From an uncultured Bacteroidales bacterium (GTDB lineage Bacteria > Bacteroidota > Bacteroidia > Bacteroidales > UBA10428), in the NCBI GenBank assembly GCA_964634105.1, contig CAZWIU010000002.1:13034-77033 (forward strand): 64,000 nt of DNA. The letters run 5' to 3'. The notes beneath the pieces were generated by a model. It ran no database searches and was not told where the DNA came from. It saw only the letters and a program-made list of their open reading frames with translations. Positions 28,792 to 39,016 of the stretch are shown here, in pieces. The position numbers and the translations under genes are program-made. Each line of letters begins with the position of its first letter. Position 1 is the first letter of the stretch.

Positions 28792-30693
28792 TTAATAAGA
28801 CCTGGTATTCCTGCCTTCAATAAAGTTGATATACGAACGATTTACAACTTTATTCCCCCCGGGAGTTGGATAATTACCGGTAAAATACCAGTCGCCCAAA
28901 TGATTTGGAATGGCGGTGTGAAGATTTTCGATCGACTGGAATACAATTCTGATATCAGCCTGAATGTCTTTGGTTCGTAACATGCTACTGATCTTATCAG
29001 AGATCTGTTCGGCAGTAAAAGGTTTGTATATTTCCTTTACATAATTCACTATTTCTTCCTTGGGAAGGTTCTCCTGTGCTTTTGATTTTTTATAAACATC
29101 GTTGATGATATTCTCCTGCCCTGTTTCTTTAAGGAGATCAATAGCAGCCCGGAATGCAACAAAATCGCCGAGTCGTGTCATATCTATCCCATAACAATCG
29201 GGATAACGTATCTGGGGCGATGAAGATACTATTACGATGCGTTTGGGCCCAAGTCTGTCAAGTATCTTGATTATGCTGTATTTTAAGGTAGTACCCCGTA
29301 CGATAGAATCGTCAATAATAACCAGGTTATCAATTCCTCTTTTAACGGTATCATACGCTATATCATAGACATGACCAACCAGGTCGTTGCGACTATCGTC
29401 CTGGGTAATAAAAGTTCTTAGTTTGATATCTTTTATGGCTACTTTCTCTATTCTGGGTTTTATTGCAATAAGATAATTAAACTCGTCGAGGCTTATTTCC
29501 TTTCGACGCTTAATGATCTGCTTACGGGTATTTTCGCGCATGTATTTTTCAATTCCGTTAATCATGCCGAAGAAAGCAGTTTCAGCTGTGTTCGGTATGA
29601 ACGAAAAAACTGTATTTTCGAGATCGTCGTCAACGGCTTTTGCTATGTCGGGAGTCAATAACTCACCCAGCATTTTTCGTTCGTTGTAAATATCGCTATC
29701 GCTGCCCCTTGAGAAGTAAATCCTTTCGAAAGAACAGGACCTTTTTTCGAATGGTCCGCGAATATTTTCTATGGTTACCTTCCCGCTTTTTTCAACAATT
29801 AAAGCAGAACCTGCCTCCAGTTCCATAACTTCTTTTGTTGGAACATTCAGAGCCGTTTGAATTACAGGACGTTCGGAAGCCGCCACTACGATCTCATCGT
29901 TCTGATAATAGAATGCTGGTCGAATTCCCCAGGGATCGCGAAGCACGAAAGCATCGCCATGACCAACCATACCGGCGATAGTATAGCCACCATCCCATTT
30001 TTTGCTTGCTTCACGTAAAATGTTACCAATACTAATATTCTTCGCTATAAGATCAGAGATTTCCATATTCGAATATCCCTGCTTTTTATACTGATTGAAC
30101 TCCAGCTGATTTTCGGTATCAAGAAAATGTCCCAGGTTCTCGAGCATTGTAACGGTATCGATCTTCCCCCGGGGGTGTTGGCCCAATTCAACCAGGTGAT
30201 TAAAAATCTCATCGACATTGGTCAGGTTGAAATTGCCCGCCAGCACCAGTGTACGCGATTTCCAGTTATTCTGTCGTACTACCGGGTGGACATTTTCGAT
30301 AAGATTCTTACCGTAAGTCCCGTAACGCAGGTGTCCGAGTAATAACTCACCGGCAAAAGGCAGATTTTGTTTTACCCACGATATATCATTAATTAGAGTG
30401 GTAGATTTTTTTAATGCCTCATCAAAATTCGATTTAATAGTCTGGAAGAGGTCATTGATTGCCGAAGGTTCAACAGATCTTATTCTGTCGAGATATTCAA
30501 ACCCTGGAGGATTATCAAATTTTATGCTTGCAATACCTGCTCCGTCCTGACCCCGATTGTGTTGTTTCTCCATCAGCAGGTAAAGTTTATTCAGACCCCA
30601 CTGCCATGTTCCATACTTTAACTGATAGTATTCCAGAGGTTTCAACAACCTGATCAGGGCAATTCCACATTCATGCTTTATCTCGTCTGTCAT
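28792..30693 (-). CDS. purF: amidophosphoribosyltransferase (long Bacteroidota type)
   Basis: N-terminal nucleophile Cys in HECGIALIRL, a class II glutamine amidotransferase domain, and the PRTase motif VIIDDSIVRGTT. Confidence 0.88.
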   Translation of the reverse strand: MTDEIKHECGIALIRLLKPLEYYQLKYGTWQWGLNKLYLLMEKQHNRGQDGAGIASIKFDNPPGFEYLDRIRSVEPSAINDLFQTIKSNFDEALKKSTTLINDISWVKQNLPFAGELLLGHLRYGTYGKNLIENVHPVVRQNNWKSRTLVLAGNFNLTNVDEIFNHLVELGQHPRGKIDTVTMLENLGHFLDTENQLEFNQYKKQGYSNMEISDLIAKNISIGNILREASKKWDGGYTIAGMVGHGDAFVLRDPWGIRPAFYYQNDEIVVAASERPVIQTALNVPTKEVMELEAGSALIVEKSGKVTIENIRGPFEKRSCSFERIYFSRGSDSDIYNERKMLGELLTPDIAKAVDDDLENTVFSFIPNTAETAFFGMINGIEKYMRENTRKQIIKRRKEISLDEFNYLIAIKPRIEKVAIKDIKLRTFITQDDSRNDLVGHVYDIAYDTVKRGIDNLVIIDDSIVRGTTLKYSIIKILDRLGPKRIVIVSSSPQIRYPDCYGIDMTRLGDFVAFRAAIDLLKETGQENIINDVYKKSKAQENLPKEEIVNYVKEIYKPFTAEQISDKISSMLRTKDIQADIRIVFQSIENLHTAIPNHLGDWYFTGNYPTPGGNKVVNRSYINFIEGRNTRSY

Positions 30694-30709
30694 TCTTGTT
30701 CAAATACAG

Positions 30710-31168
30710 TTACAACGCAGGGTAGTTGATTTTTGTTCGAACTATGAAAGCGTCGGGATATTCGTATTCAATTGATTTCATAAATTTCATTGCTTCACTG
30801 TGAGTTCTGAAATCACCGACGTAGAGCAGATAAAAAGGAGAATCAAAAATATAATAGGTTTTAATTCCTTCATGCTGGCTAATAAATTCTGCCTGAATCC
30901 GCGGCCCATCGATATATGCCTGCTTTCCGGAATTGGAATAAATCCTTATTCTGTAGCCTGTAATGCCTTTTCTTTTACTTTCTTCATACAGATGTTTATC
31001 AATCAGCCTGACAATATCATTATCCTGCGTAATAGTTACTTTACCCGGGCTCTGAGCATGCTGTATATCACGTATCAGCTGTGTTCCTGTCATTTGAGCA
31101 TGATTCTTTGATGGTATTAGAAACAGAAGGCTAAGCAACAAGAATAAGTAGGCAGTTTTCACAGGCAT
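30710..31168 (-). CDS. SPOR domain-containing secreted protein
   Basis: Signal peptide (AYLFLLLSLLFLIPSKNHAQ). The C-terminal roughly 75 aa are SPOR-like (GYRIRIYS ... YLLYVGDFRTHSEAMKFMKSIEYEYPDAFIV). Confidence 0.65.
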   Translation of the reverse strand: MPVKTAYLFLLLSLLFLIPSKNHAQMTGTQLIRDIQHAQSPGKVTITQDNDIVRLIDKHLYEESKRKGITGYRIRIYSNSGKQAYIDGPRIQAEFISQHEGIKTYYIFDSPFYLLYVGDFRTHSEAMKFMKSIEYEYPDAFIVRTKINYPAL

Positions 31169-31251
31169 TATTTTATATCCGTGGCAAAAATAGGTAATTT
31201 TTAAACCTACTTAAAAAAGATCGGTAAATAAAAAAGTACTAAAACAATCAC

Positions 31252-31731
31252 TTAGAATACGATTTCACGGCTTTCATTAATCGGGATCCTTTTTTTGATG
31301 AGCATTGAACGAGCTGTAACCTCTCCCTCAAGCCTCAGACGCACCCTTTTCCCTTTCTTAAGATTCATCAGATTCATTGCCATACCGAATAGATTGGCCA
31401 GTTGTATGTTCAGCTTTACTTCATGTATTGAATTCGATTTAGCTTTAATTACAACAGGTTGATCGGAGCTCGTTATTTTGCCAAGGTATTGATCATTCAT
31501 GAAAACACGAGTATCGAAGCCGGTTATTGTTATTTTATGTCGCGTCGGGTTATCGATGGGGATGCTCATCGATACAGCAAGTGCATTGTTTTCAAATCCT
31601 TCGATATTAATATTACTGATATCGCCGATGGTAATTTCAGCATACTTACCGCATGAGACAAGTGCAAGAGTGTAAATAAAAAGACAAACAATGTAAAAGC
31701 GTTGCATAGAATTTAGTATCTTGATGTGCAT
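31252..31731 (-). CDS. hypothetical lipoprotein (LEA_2/NDR1-HIN1-like beta-sandwich suspected)
   Basis: Lipobox-like LALVSCG after a hydrophobic leader, followed by a beta-rich sequence. The family assignment is a weak recollection. Confidence 0.4.
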   Translation of the reverse strand: MHIKILNSMQRFYIVCLFIYTLALVSCGKYAEITIGDISNINIEGFENNALAVSMSIPIDNPTRHKITITGFDTRVFMNDQYLGKITSSDQPVVIKAKSNSIHEVKLNIQLANLFGMAMNLMNLKKGKRVRLRLEGEVTARSMLIKKRIPINESREIVF

Positions 31732-31792
31732 TTGAATAACCCCGAAATTACCAATTTTAACCGATTGATTTTATAACTGCAAAAAATTAACG

Positions 31793-32248
31793 ATGAAAGT
31801 AACGAAGCAACAAATAGATCAATTTTTTGGATCAAAGAAACTTGCTATGGCAGGAGTATCAAGGAATCCAAAAAAATTCGGGCACCAGGTCTTCAACGAT
31901 CTGATAAAAAACGGTTATACCGTAATTCCAATTAATCCTTTAACTGATGAGATTAACGGAGTTAAATGCTATAAAAGCGTTGGGGAACTACCTGCCGATG
32001 TAGAAAGTCTGCTGATAATGACCCCGAAATCAGAGACCGATACCGTTTTAAGAAATGCGATCGATAAAGGGATCAAGCATATATGGGTTCAACAAATGGC
32101 TGAAACGCAGGAAACACTCAAGATTGCCGAGGAATATCAAAAGGAGATCATTATGGGTAAGTGTGTTTATATGTTCGCTGAACCGGTTTCGAGTGTCCAT
32201 AAATTTCACCGTTTCTTGGTAAAGATTTTTGGTATGTTACCAACATAA
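31793..32248 (+). CDS. CoA-binding domain protein (YccU/YneT-like)
   Basis: 151 aa. KKLAMAGVSRNPKKFGH...GYTVIPINP...V.CYKS is typical of the small CoA-binding family. Confidence 0.75.
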   Translation: MKVTKQQIDQFFGSKKLAMAGVSRNPKKFGHQVFNDLIKNGYTVIPINPLTDEINGVKCYKSVGELPADVESLLIMTPKSETDTVLRNAIDKGIKHIWVQQMAETQETLKIAEEYQKEIIMGKCVYMFAEPVSSVHKFHRFLVKIFGMLPT

Positions 32249-32249
32249 G

Positions 32250-32278
32250 AAAAGAGGCCTAAACATAAAGCCTCTTTC
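32250..32278. terminator. bidirectional hairpin terminator between the convergent CoA-binding gene and leuB
   Basis: aaagaggc (32251-32258) pairs with gcctcttt (32270-32277) across an 11-nt loop. A-rich sequence precedes the hairpin and a short T run closes it, and it lies between two stop codons. Confidence 0.55.
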
Positions 32279-32300
32279 AGATTCGTATTATATTGAAGAA

Positions 32301-33362
32301 TTATACTCTCTCAGCAACAAGGTCACCCACTTCGGAAGTTGAATATCCCATCCGTCCGGCGCCCATATCCTTCAGTTTGTTGGCCGTAACATCCATAATT
32401 GCCTGTTCGATAGCAAGTGCTGCTTTAGTTTCCCCCAGGTGTTCGAGCATCATGGCTCCTGCAGAAATTGAAGCCAGGGGATTGATTACATTTTTGCCTG
32501 TATATTTTGGTGCAGAGCCTCCAATAGGTTCAAACATGGATACACCTTCGGGATTAATATTACCACCAGCAGCGATACCCATTCCACCCTGGGTAATTGC
32601 CCCAAGGTCGGTAATAATATCGCCGAACATATTACCTGTAACAATAACATCGAACCATTCCGGATTTTTAACCATCCACATACACGTAGCATCGACATGA
32701 TAGTATTCACGCTTAACCGATGGATACGCTTTCTCTCCCATTTCATGGAAAGCTCTTTCCCACAAGTCGTATACATAAGTAAGCACATTTGTTTTTCCAC
32801 AGAGTGCCAGTGTGTTTTTTTTCTTACGTTTAAGCGTATAATCAAAGGCATAACGGAGACAACGATCGACCTGATGCCTGTTATACACCATATTTTGAAT
32901 AGCTACTTCATGGGGTGTCCCTTTCATACTGACACCACCAACACCGGTATACAGATCGCCGGTATTTTCACGCACAACAACATAGTCGATATGCTCCGGA
33001 CCTTTATCTTTGAGAGGTGTCGGCACACCTGGATATAGTTTTACGGGGCGCAAATTAATATACTGATCGAGTTCAAAGCGTAACCGAAGAAGGATTCCTT
33101 TTTCAAGAATGCCTGGTTTGACATCGGGATGGCCAATAGCCCCCAGAAATATAGCATCGAATTTTTTCAACTGTTCTGTGGCAGAATCGGGTAATACTTC
33201 GCCGGTTCTAATATATCGGTCACCACCAAAATCGTATTCTTCATAGTTCAGTTTGAAACCGAATTTTTGGGCAGAAGCCGATAATACCTTAATGCCTTCC
33301 CGGACAACTTCAGGACCTGTTCCATCACCGGGGAGTACTGCAATATTGTATGATTTACTCAT
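32301..33362 (-). CDS. leuB: 3-isopropylmalate dehydrogenase
   Basis: IAVLPGDGTGPEV N-terminus and NMFGDIITDLGA signature. Confidence 0.95.
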   Translation of the reverse strand: MSKSYNIAVLPGDGTGPEVVREGIKVLSASAQKFGFKLNYEEYDFGGDRYIRTGEVLPDSATEQLKKFDAIFLGAIGHPDVKPGILEKGILLRLRFELDQYINLRPVKLYPGVPTPLKDKGPEHIDYVVVRENTGDLYTGVGGVSMKGTPHEVAIQNMVYNRHQVDRCLRYAFDYTLKRKKKNTLALCGKTNVLTYVYDLWERAFHEMGEKAYPSVKREYYHVDATCMWMVKNPEWFDVIVTGNMFGDIITDLGAITQGGMGIAAGGNINPEGVSMFEPIGGSAPKYTGKNVINPLASISAGAMMLEHLGETKAALAIEQAIMDVTANKLKDMGAGRMGYSTSEVGDLVAERV

Positions 33363-33458
33363 AGAAATGTATATTAACTGTTATAAAACATAATTTTTTG
33401 AAGCGCAAGTATAGTATAATTTCTGCATAAAAAGTTACGATATACTTATTTTAATGCA

Positions 33459-34994
33459 TTATTTAAAACTTTCAATGATATTCAACATTTTGATTGTGGC
33501 TGTGATGGCGGCAACAGTCTGATCCGAATCCAATCCACTGGTGCGAATTTCCTTCTTACCCATCTGCCAGGTAATCATAGTATGAACCAACGCGTCTGTT
33601 TTCCCTCCGGGAGGAATGGACACTACATAATCAAGAAGTTTAGGAATATTCTTGTTCAACGATTTATAAATTTTTTTCAGGGCTTTCATAAAAGCGTCAT
33701 ATTGTCCGTCGCCAATGGATGATTCTTCATACTCTTTCCCGTCAATCCTGATTCTCAGACTTGCTACCGGTTTAAGCCCTTTTGCAGTAGATAATGAGAA
33801 GTTCATCACCTTAATTTTTTCATCGATCGATTTGCTTTGTAACACATCTGAAATGATGTATGGTAAATCCTCCTGTGTAACCGTTTCTTTCTTATCGCCC
33901 AATTCAATAATTTTCCTGGTAAGTATCTTCATCGATTCTGCGTCGAGTTCAATGCCAAGAGCTTCCAGATTTTTAGCGATATTAGCCTTCCCTGATGTTT
34001 TGCCCAGGGCATAGGTTCTTTTTCTCCCAAATCGTTCAGGCAGCAGATCGTTATAGTAGAGATTATGTTTCTTGTCGCCATCGGCATGAACTCCGCTTGT
34101 TTGTGTGAATACATTATCGCCTATTAAGGGTTTGTTGGGAGGTATTCTAATACCTGAAAAAGTTTCGACCATCTTGCTTACAAGTGTTAGTTTCGATTCA
34201 TCGACTGACATTTTATATCCGAAATGATCGTGAATAATAGCTATTACACTTGAAAGAGGAACATTGCCTGCTCTCTCTCCCAGGCCGTTTACAGTGGTGT
34301 GGATACAAGTAATGCCCGCTTTTAATGCAGCATATACATTGGCTGTTGCAAGATCGTAATCGTTATGTGGATGAAAGTCAAATTTTAATGTAGGATAGGT
34401 ATCTATGATCTGTTTGCAAAAAGCATAAGTTTCATCAGGATTTAAGATCCCCAGGGTATCAGGCAGCATAAACCGCCCAACAGGCTGATCAGCCAGCTTA
34501 TCGAGCATATTATAAACATATTCGGGAGAGTTTCGCATTCCGTTCGACCAGTCTTCGAGGTATATATTCACCCGAAGCCCTTTTGATACTGCATAATCAA
34601 TAACCTCGATGATATCGTCCAGATGTTCCTCCGGGGTTTTATGCAACTGATGAGTAACATGTTTAAGCGATCCTTTAGTCAACAGGTTGATAACCTTACA
34701 TCCGGCTCCAATAATCCAATCGACCGACACAGTACCATCGACAAAACCAAGCACTTCAATCTTTTCCAGATCGTTACGGGATCGGGTCCAGGAAACAATT
34801 TTTTTCACAGCTTCCAGTTCACCCTCCGAAACCCTCGCCGAGGCTATCTCCAGTCGATCAACTTTAAGTTCCTCAAGAAGAAGTTTGGCTATACTCAGCT
34901 TTTCATCGAACGTAAAGGAAACCCCCGATGTTTGCTCACCATCGCGGAGTGTGGTATCCATGATCATTATTTTCATAAACCTATTCCTCATCAT
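33459..34994 (-). CDS. second 2-isopropylmalate synthase-family enzyme; probable (R)-citramalate synthase
   Basis: [12 protein letters not shown] and HPHNDYDLATAN TIM-barrel motifs plus a C-terminal LeuA-dimer-like regulatory domain. It is a paralog of leuA inside the leu operon. Alternative ATG starts lie a few codons in (MKIMIMDTT...). Confidence 0.8.
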   Translation of the reverse strand: MMRNRFMKIMIMDTTLRDGEQTSGVSFTFDEKLSIAKLLLEELKVDRLEIASARVSEGELEAVKKIVSWTRSRNDLEKIEVLGFVDGTVSVDWIIGAGCKVINLLTKGSLKHVTHQLHKTPEEHLDDIIEVIDYAVSKGLRVNIYLEDWSNGMRNSPEYVYNMLDKLADQPVGRFMLPDTLGILNPDETYAFCKQIIDTYPTLKFDFHPHNDYDLATANVYAALKAGITCIHTTVNGLGERAGNVPLSSVIAIIHDHFGYKMSVDESKLTLVSKMVETFSGIRIPPNKPLIGDNVFTQTSGVHADGDKKHNLYYNDLLPERFGRKRTYALGKTSGKANIAKNLEALGIELDAESMKILTRKIIELGDKKETVTQEDLPYIISDVLQSKSIDEKIKVMNFSLSTAKGLKPVASLRIRIDGKEYEESSIGDGQYDAFMKALKKIYKSLNKNIPKLLDYVVSIPPGGKTDALVHTMITWQMGKKEIRTSGLDSDQTVAAITATIKMLNIIESFK

Positions 34995-35051
34995 TAATCA
35001 ACAAAGTGATGGAAGGCTGCAGGCAGAGCTCACAGCCATCCTCCATCAAAA

Positions 35052-35648
35052 TTAAAACTTACGTTGTGCTTCGAATGCCTCAATTTTATCCTTAATACTC
35101 AACAGATAGTCGATATCGTCGTATCCATTAACAAGGCACTCCTTCTTATAGGAGTTAATTTCAAAGTTCTCGATTTCGTTGGCAGAGAGAATGGATATCG
35201 TTTGTTTCTCAAGATTCACCTCCACTTCCGTTTTCGGATTACTTTCAATTGCCTTAAAAAGTTTTGTCAGAAAAGCAGCGCTAACCTGAACAGGCAACAG
35301 TCCGTTATTGAGTGCATTGTTTTTAAATATATCTGCGAAGAAACTGGAAACGACTACCTTAAAACCGTAATCATGAATAGCCCATGCGGCATGTTCACGG
35401 CTGGAGCCACTTCCAAAGTTCTTACCTGCCACCAGAACTTCCCCATTATATGTTGGATTATTCAGGACAAAATCAGGAACAGGTTTATCATTCTTATCGT
35501 ACCGCCAGTCTCTGAAAAGATTATTTCCAAAACCATCGCGTGTTGTGGCTTTCAGGAATCGAGCCGGTATGATCTGATCGGTATCCACATTTTCGACCGG
35601 AAGAGGTACGCAAGTCGAACGTATTGTAACAAATTTTTCTTTTGACAT
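35052..35648 (-). CDS. leuD: 3-isopropylmalate dehydratase small subunit
   Basis: [16 protein letters not shown] motif; follows leuC. Confidence 0.95.
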   Translation of the reverse strand: MSKEKFVTIRSTCVPLPVENVDTDQIIPARFLKATTRDGFGNNLFRDWRYDKNDKPVPDFVLNNPTYNGEVLVAGKNFGSGSSREHAAWAIHDYGFKVVVSSFFADIFKNNALNNGLLPVQVSAAFLTKLFKAIESNPKTEVEVNLEKQTISILSANEIENFEINSYKKECLVNGYDDIDYLLSIKDKIEAFEAQRKF

Positions 35649-35677
35649 GTTTTCTAATTTTCATCATTAACAACAGT

Positions 35678-37075
35678 TTACATAAAATCACGCGGATCGG
35701 TAATTTTCCCGGTGATAGCCGCGGCAGCAGCTGTAAGTGGACTTGCCAGCATAGTCCTGGATCCGGGTCCCTGGCGACCTTCGAAATTACGGTTGGTTGT
35801 TGAAACAGCATATTTACCTTCAGGGACTTTATCGTCGTTCATGGCCAGGCATGCAGAGCAGCCCGGCTGGCGTAATTCAAATCCGGCTTCGGCGAGCACC
35901 TTATCAATTCCCTCGGCTATGGCCTGTTTTTCAACCTGACGAGAACCGGGGACGATCCATGCAACTATATCCTTGGCTTTTTTCTTACCTTTAACAAAGT
36001 TTGTAAAAGCACGTAAGTCTTCAATGCGTCCGTTTGTACAACTGCCAACGAATACATAATCCACCTTTTTACCTATCATTGGAGTGCCAGCGCTAAATCC
36101 CATGTAAGCAAGTGATTTCTCAAAAGATATTCTGGCGCTTTTATCAACTGAGTCGATGGTCGGGATTGATTCCCTTATGCCAATACCCATTCCCGGATTG
36201 GTGCCATAAGTAATCATAGGCTCAATTTCAGCAGCCTCATACTTAAGTTCCCAATCGAATTTAGCGTCGGGGTCAGAAAATAGTGTTTTCCAGTACTCCA
36301 TTTTCTTATCCCAATCAGTGCCTTTTGGAGCAAATTCCCTTCCCTGGATATAGTCATAAGTTATTTCATCGGGGGCAATCAGGCCACCACGTGCTCCCAT
36401 TTCAATACTCATATTGCAAACAGTCATTCTCCCCTCCATACTAAGGCTTCGGATAGCCGACCCGGCATATTCAACAAAATAGCCTGTACCTCCGCTGGCT
36501 GAAATTTTCGCTATAATAAAAAGAATGATGTCTTTTGCGGTAACGCCCTTCTTCAGATTACCATCGATGGTAATTCTCATTTTCTTGGGTTTAGGCTGCA
36601 TTATACACTGGGTAGCAAGAACCATTTCCACTTCGCTCGTTCCAATACCGAAAGCAACGCTGCCGAAAGCACCATGAGTAGCTGTATGACTGTCGCCGCA
36701 TACGATGGTCATGCCAGGAAGAGTTAATCCAAGCTCAGGTCCAATGACATGTACAATTCCCTGATAGGGATGATTAAGACCATAATGTAAAATACCATGT
36801 TTCGATGTATTCTCAGCCAATTTTTCGACCTGCGTGCGTGAAAGCAGCTCTTTAATAGGTAAATGCTGGTTGATAGTAGGTACGTTATGATCAGGAGTAG
36901 CAACTGTATTTTTAGGTCGAAACACCTTTATCCCACGTTTATCAAGCCCTGCAAATGCCTGGGGACTTGTTACTTCATGTACCAGGTGTCGATCGATATA
37001 CAATACACAGGGACCGCCTTCAATTTGCGAAACAACATGCGAGTCCCAGACTTTATCAAATAATGTTTTTCCCAC
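35678..37075 (-). CDS. leuC: 3-isopropylmalate dehydratase large subunit
   Basis: Aconitase-family motifs [14 protein letters not shown] and [11 protein letters not shown]. The ORF track extends to 37117 and overlaps the leuA 3' end. The GTG at 37075 gives [15 protein letters not shown], the usual LeuC N-terminus, 16 nt after the leuA stop. Confidence 0.93.
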   Translation of the reverse strand: MGKTLFDKVWDSHVVSQIEGGPCVLYIDRHLVHEVTSPQAFAGLDKRGIKVFRPKNTVATPDHNVPTINQHLPIKELLSRTQVEKLAENTSKHGILHYGLNHPYQGIVHVIGPELGLTLPGMTIVCGDSHTATHGAFGSVAFGIGTSEVEMVLATQCIMQPKPKKMRITIDGNLKKGVTAKDIILFIIAKISASGGTGYFVEYAGSAIRSLSMEGRMTVCNMSIEMGARGGLIAPDEITYDYIQGREFAPKGTDWDKKMEYWKTLFSDPDAKFDWELKYEAAEIEPMITYGTNPGMGIGIRESIPTIDSVDKSARISFEKSLAYMGFSAGTPMIGKKVDYVFVGSCTNGRIEDLRAFTNFVKGKKKAKDIVAWIVPGSRQVEKQAIAEGIDKVLAEAGFELRQPGCSACLAMNDDKVPEGKYAVSTTNRNFEGRQGPGSRTMLASPLTAAAAAITGKITDPRDFM

Positions 37076-37091
37076 GTTATAAATAATTGAA

Positions 37092-38588
37092 TTAAACAAT
37101 CTTATTAACTGCATCAATAAATGCTTCTACAGAAGCGGTTATAATATCTGTATTACCTGAAAATCCATAGTAAAATTTACCTTTATTTTCTATTTGAATA
37201 TGGACTTTACCGATATCATCGGATCCCCGGGTTATAGCCTGAACAAGGAATTCCTCCAGACGAACTTTATGCCGTATCAGGCTTTTTACGGCTGTAATAG
37301 CTGCGTCAACAGGACCATTACCTGATTCGGTAGCGGTAAAAACCTCACCATCGATATCAAGTGAAACTGTGGCCATAGGGATTGTTGATTTCCCGGAGAG
37401 TACCTGAAGATGATTCAACTTAATTTTGGCGGTCTCGTTTTCTGAAGATTTTCCCGCCAATACTTCTAGATCTTCATCGTTAATATCTTTTTTCTTATCG
37501 GCAAGCAGTAAGAATTTCTCATATATTGAATCCAGCTCCTCGCTCGAAAATTCGTGTCCCAGAAGACTCAGCCTGTGTTTCAGCGCTGCACGACCACTAC
37601 GGGCTGTCAGCGTTATGCTTGATTCAGCCACACCTACATCGACCGGATCAATGATTTCATAGTTTTCACGATTTTTTAACACGCCATCCTGATGAATTCC
37701 TGATGAGTGTGCAAACGCATTGCGACCCACGATAGCTTTATTTGGCTGTACCGGCATATTCATAAGAGAAGAAACCAGGCGGCTGGTTTTCATAATGTTT
37801 TTTGTTTTGATTCCTGTGTCAAGATTAAGATGTTTTCGACTTTTCAGAATCATTACAACTTCTTCAAGTGAGGTATTGCCTGCACGTTCTCCAATGCCAT
37901 TTATGGTTACTTCTGCCTGACGTGCGCCATTCATAATACCTGCAATTGTATTGGCAGTAGCCATGCCCAGGTCGTTATGACAATGAGTAGAGATGATGGC
38001 TTTATCAATATTCTTTACATTTTCTTTCAGGTAGCGGATTTTTTCACCAAACTCAACCGGCAGGCAATACCCGGTTGTATCAGGAATATTCACCACAGTG
38101 GCACCCGCAGCAATAACAGCTTCAATTACTCTTGCAAGGTATGCATTCTCGGAACGTCCTGCGTCCTCCGCATAAAATTCCACATCATCAACAAATTTCC
38201 TTGCATATTTAACAGCCTCCATAGCCCGCTCAATGATTTCATCCTCATTCGATTTCAATTTATAATGAATATGATAATAAGAAGTGCCAATACCGGTATG
38301 GATTCTTTTTCTCCTGGCGACTTTAAGTGCATCGGCAGCAACCTCAATATCCTTTTTAACGGCACGGGTGAGTCCACAAATAATGGGTTCTTTTACTGCT
38401 TTCGATATTTCAACCACCGAGTTAAAATCGCCGGGACTAGAGATAGGAAAACCTGCTTCGATAATGTCGACACCAAGTGATTCAAGAGCTTTTGCCACTT
38501 CAATCTTTTCAACTGTATTCAGTTGACAGCCAGGTACCTGTTCTCCATCGCGAAGGGTTGTATCGAAAATATATATTTTTTCACTCAT
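37092..38588 (-). CDS. leuA: 2-isopropylmalate synthase
   Basis: [13 protein letters not shown] and [13 protein letters not shown] motifs with a C-terminal LeuA allosteric domain; first gene of the leu operon. Confidence 0.95.
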   Translation of the reverse strand: MSEKIYIFDTTLRDGEQVPGCQLNTVEKIEVAKALESLGVDIIEAGFPISSPGDFNSVVEISKAVKEPIICGLTRAVKKDIEVAADALKVARRKRIHTGIGTSYYHIHYKLKSNEDEIIERAMEAVKYARKFVDDVEFYAEDAGRSENAYLARVIEAVIAAGATVVNIPDTTGYCLPVEFGEKIRYLKENVKNIDKAIISTHCHNDLGMATANTIAGIMNGARQAEVTINGIGERAGNTSLEEVVMILKSRKHLNLDTGIKTKNIMKTSRLVSSLMNMPVQPNKAIVGRNAFAHSSGIHQDGVLKNRENYEIIDPVDVGVAESSITLTARSGRAALKHRLSLLGHEFSSEELDSIYEKFLLLADKKKDINDEDLEVLAGKSSENETAKIKLNHLQVLSGKSTIPMATVSLDIDGEVFTATESGNGPVDAAITAVKSLIRHKVRLEEFLVQAITRGSDDIGKVHIQIENKGKFYYGFSGNTDIITASVEAFIDAVNKIV

Positions 38589-38747
38589 ATAATTTTTGTT
38601 TTAGATTCTACTTTGCTTTAATATATTGCAATTGTGACATCGGCTTTCCAGAGCCAACAAAATAGTATTCCCCCCTTCGGGGGTAGCAAAGTATCCATAA
38701 GGTCGAACAAAGCTTTAGGATAGTGTTTCATATTGTCATAGCCTGTT

Positions 38748-38786
38748 AAAAAAACTGAGGGCTATCCTCGTGTGAGAACAGCCCTC
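38748..38786 (-). terminator. intrinsic terminator of a leu-operon attenuator
   Basis: The minus-strand RNA reads GAGGGCU-guucucacacgaggau-AGCCCUC followed by AGUUUUUUU. It sits 30 nt downstream of the leader-peptide stop and about 160 nt upstream of the leuA ATG. Confidence 0.7.
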
Positions 38787-38816
38787 GTATGTTATTAATC
38801 TATACTTATACCATTC

Positions 38817-38882
38817 TCACACCGGTACATTAAGAATACCAAGTAAAAGAATCAGACCAAGTATAGAAGTTATTATTCTCAT
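38817..38882 (-). CDS. putative leu-operon leader peptide, 21 aa (MRIITSILGLILLLGILNVPV)
   Basis: ATG at 38882 and TGA at 38819-38817. It has 6 Leu, 5 Ile and 2 Val codons out of 21. The stop codon lies inside GUGUGAGAA, which is complementary to UUCUCACAC in the terminator. Confidence 0.6.
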   Translation of the reverse strand: MRIITSILGLILLLGILNVPV

Positions 38883-38901
38883 TATGCACTCATTTGAAGT
38901 A

Positions 38902-38931
38902 CAAATTTACTGATAAAAATCATTTTTCAAA
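38902..38931 (-). promoter_or_regulatory. Bacteroidota-type sigma-A promoter (-33 TTTG, 18 nt spacer, -7 TAAATTTG) for the leu leader
   Basis: On the minus strand, TTTG is at 38931-38928 and TAAATTTG at 38909-38902, about 20 nt upstream of the leader ATG. This matches the published Bacteroides TTTG/TAnnTTTG consensus. Confidence 0.55.
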
Positions 38932-39016
38932 GTGCAATCTGAAAAAAGCTGTTAAAATATACTGATTTGATGCGATGGTAATCTTTGAAATGGCTTTCGT
39001 TGTGTATTTTCCGGGA

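Noticed and set aside
35064-35645. Long antisense ORFs opposite well-supported genes: 35064-35645 opposite leuD, 21134-21850 opposite mraY/murE, 12218-12736 opposite ftsZ, 37977-38480 opposite leuA, 12904-13314 opposite ftsA, and others.
   Set aside because: Each lies wholly inside a conserved gene on the other strand and has low-complexity or Ser/Ile/Phe-rich composition with no recognisable motif. They are best explained as stop-poor antisense frames of AT-rich coding DNA.
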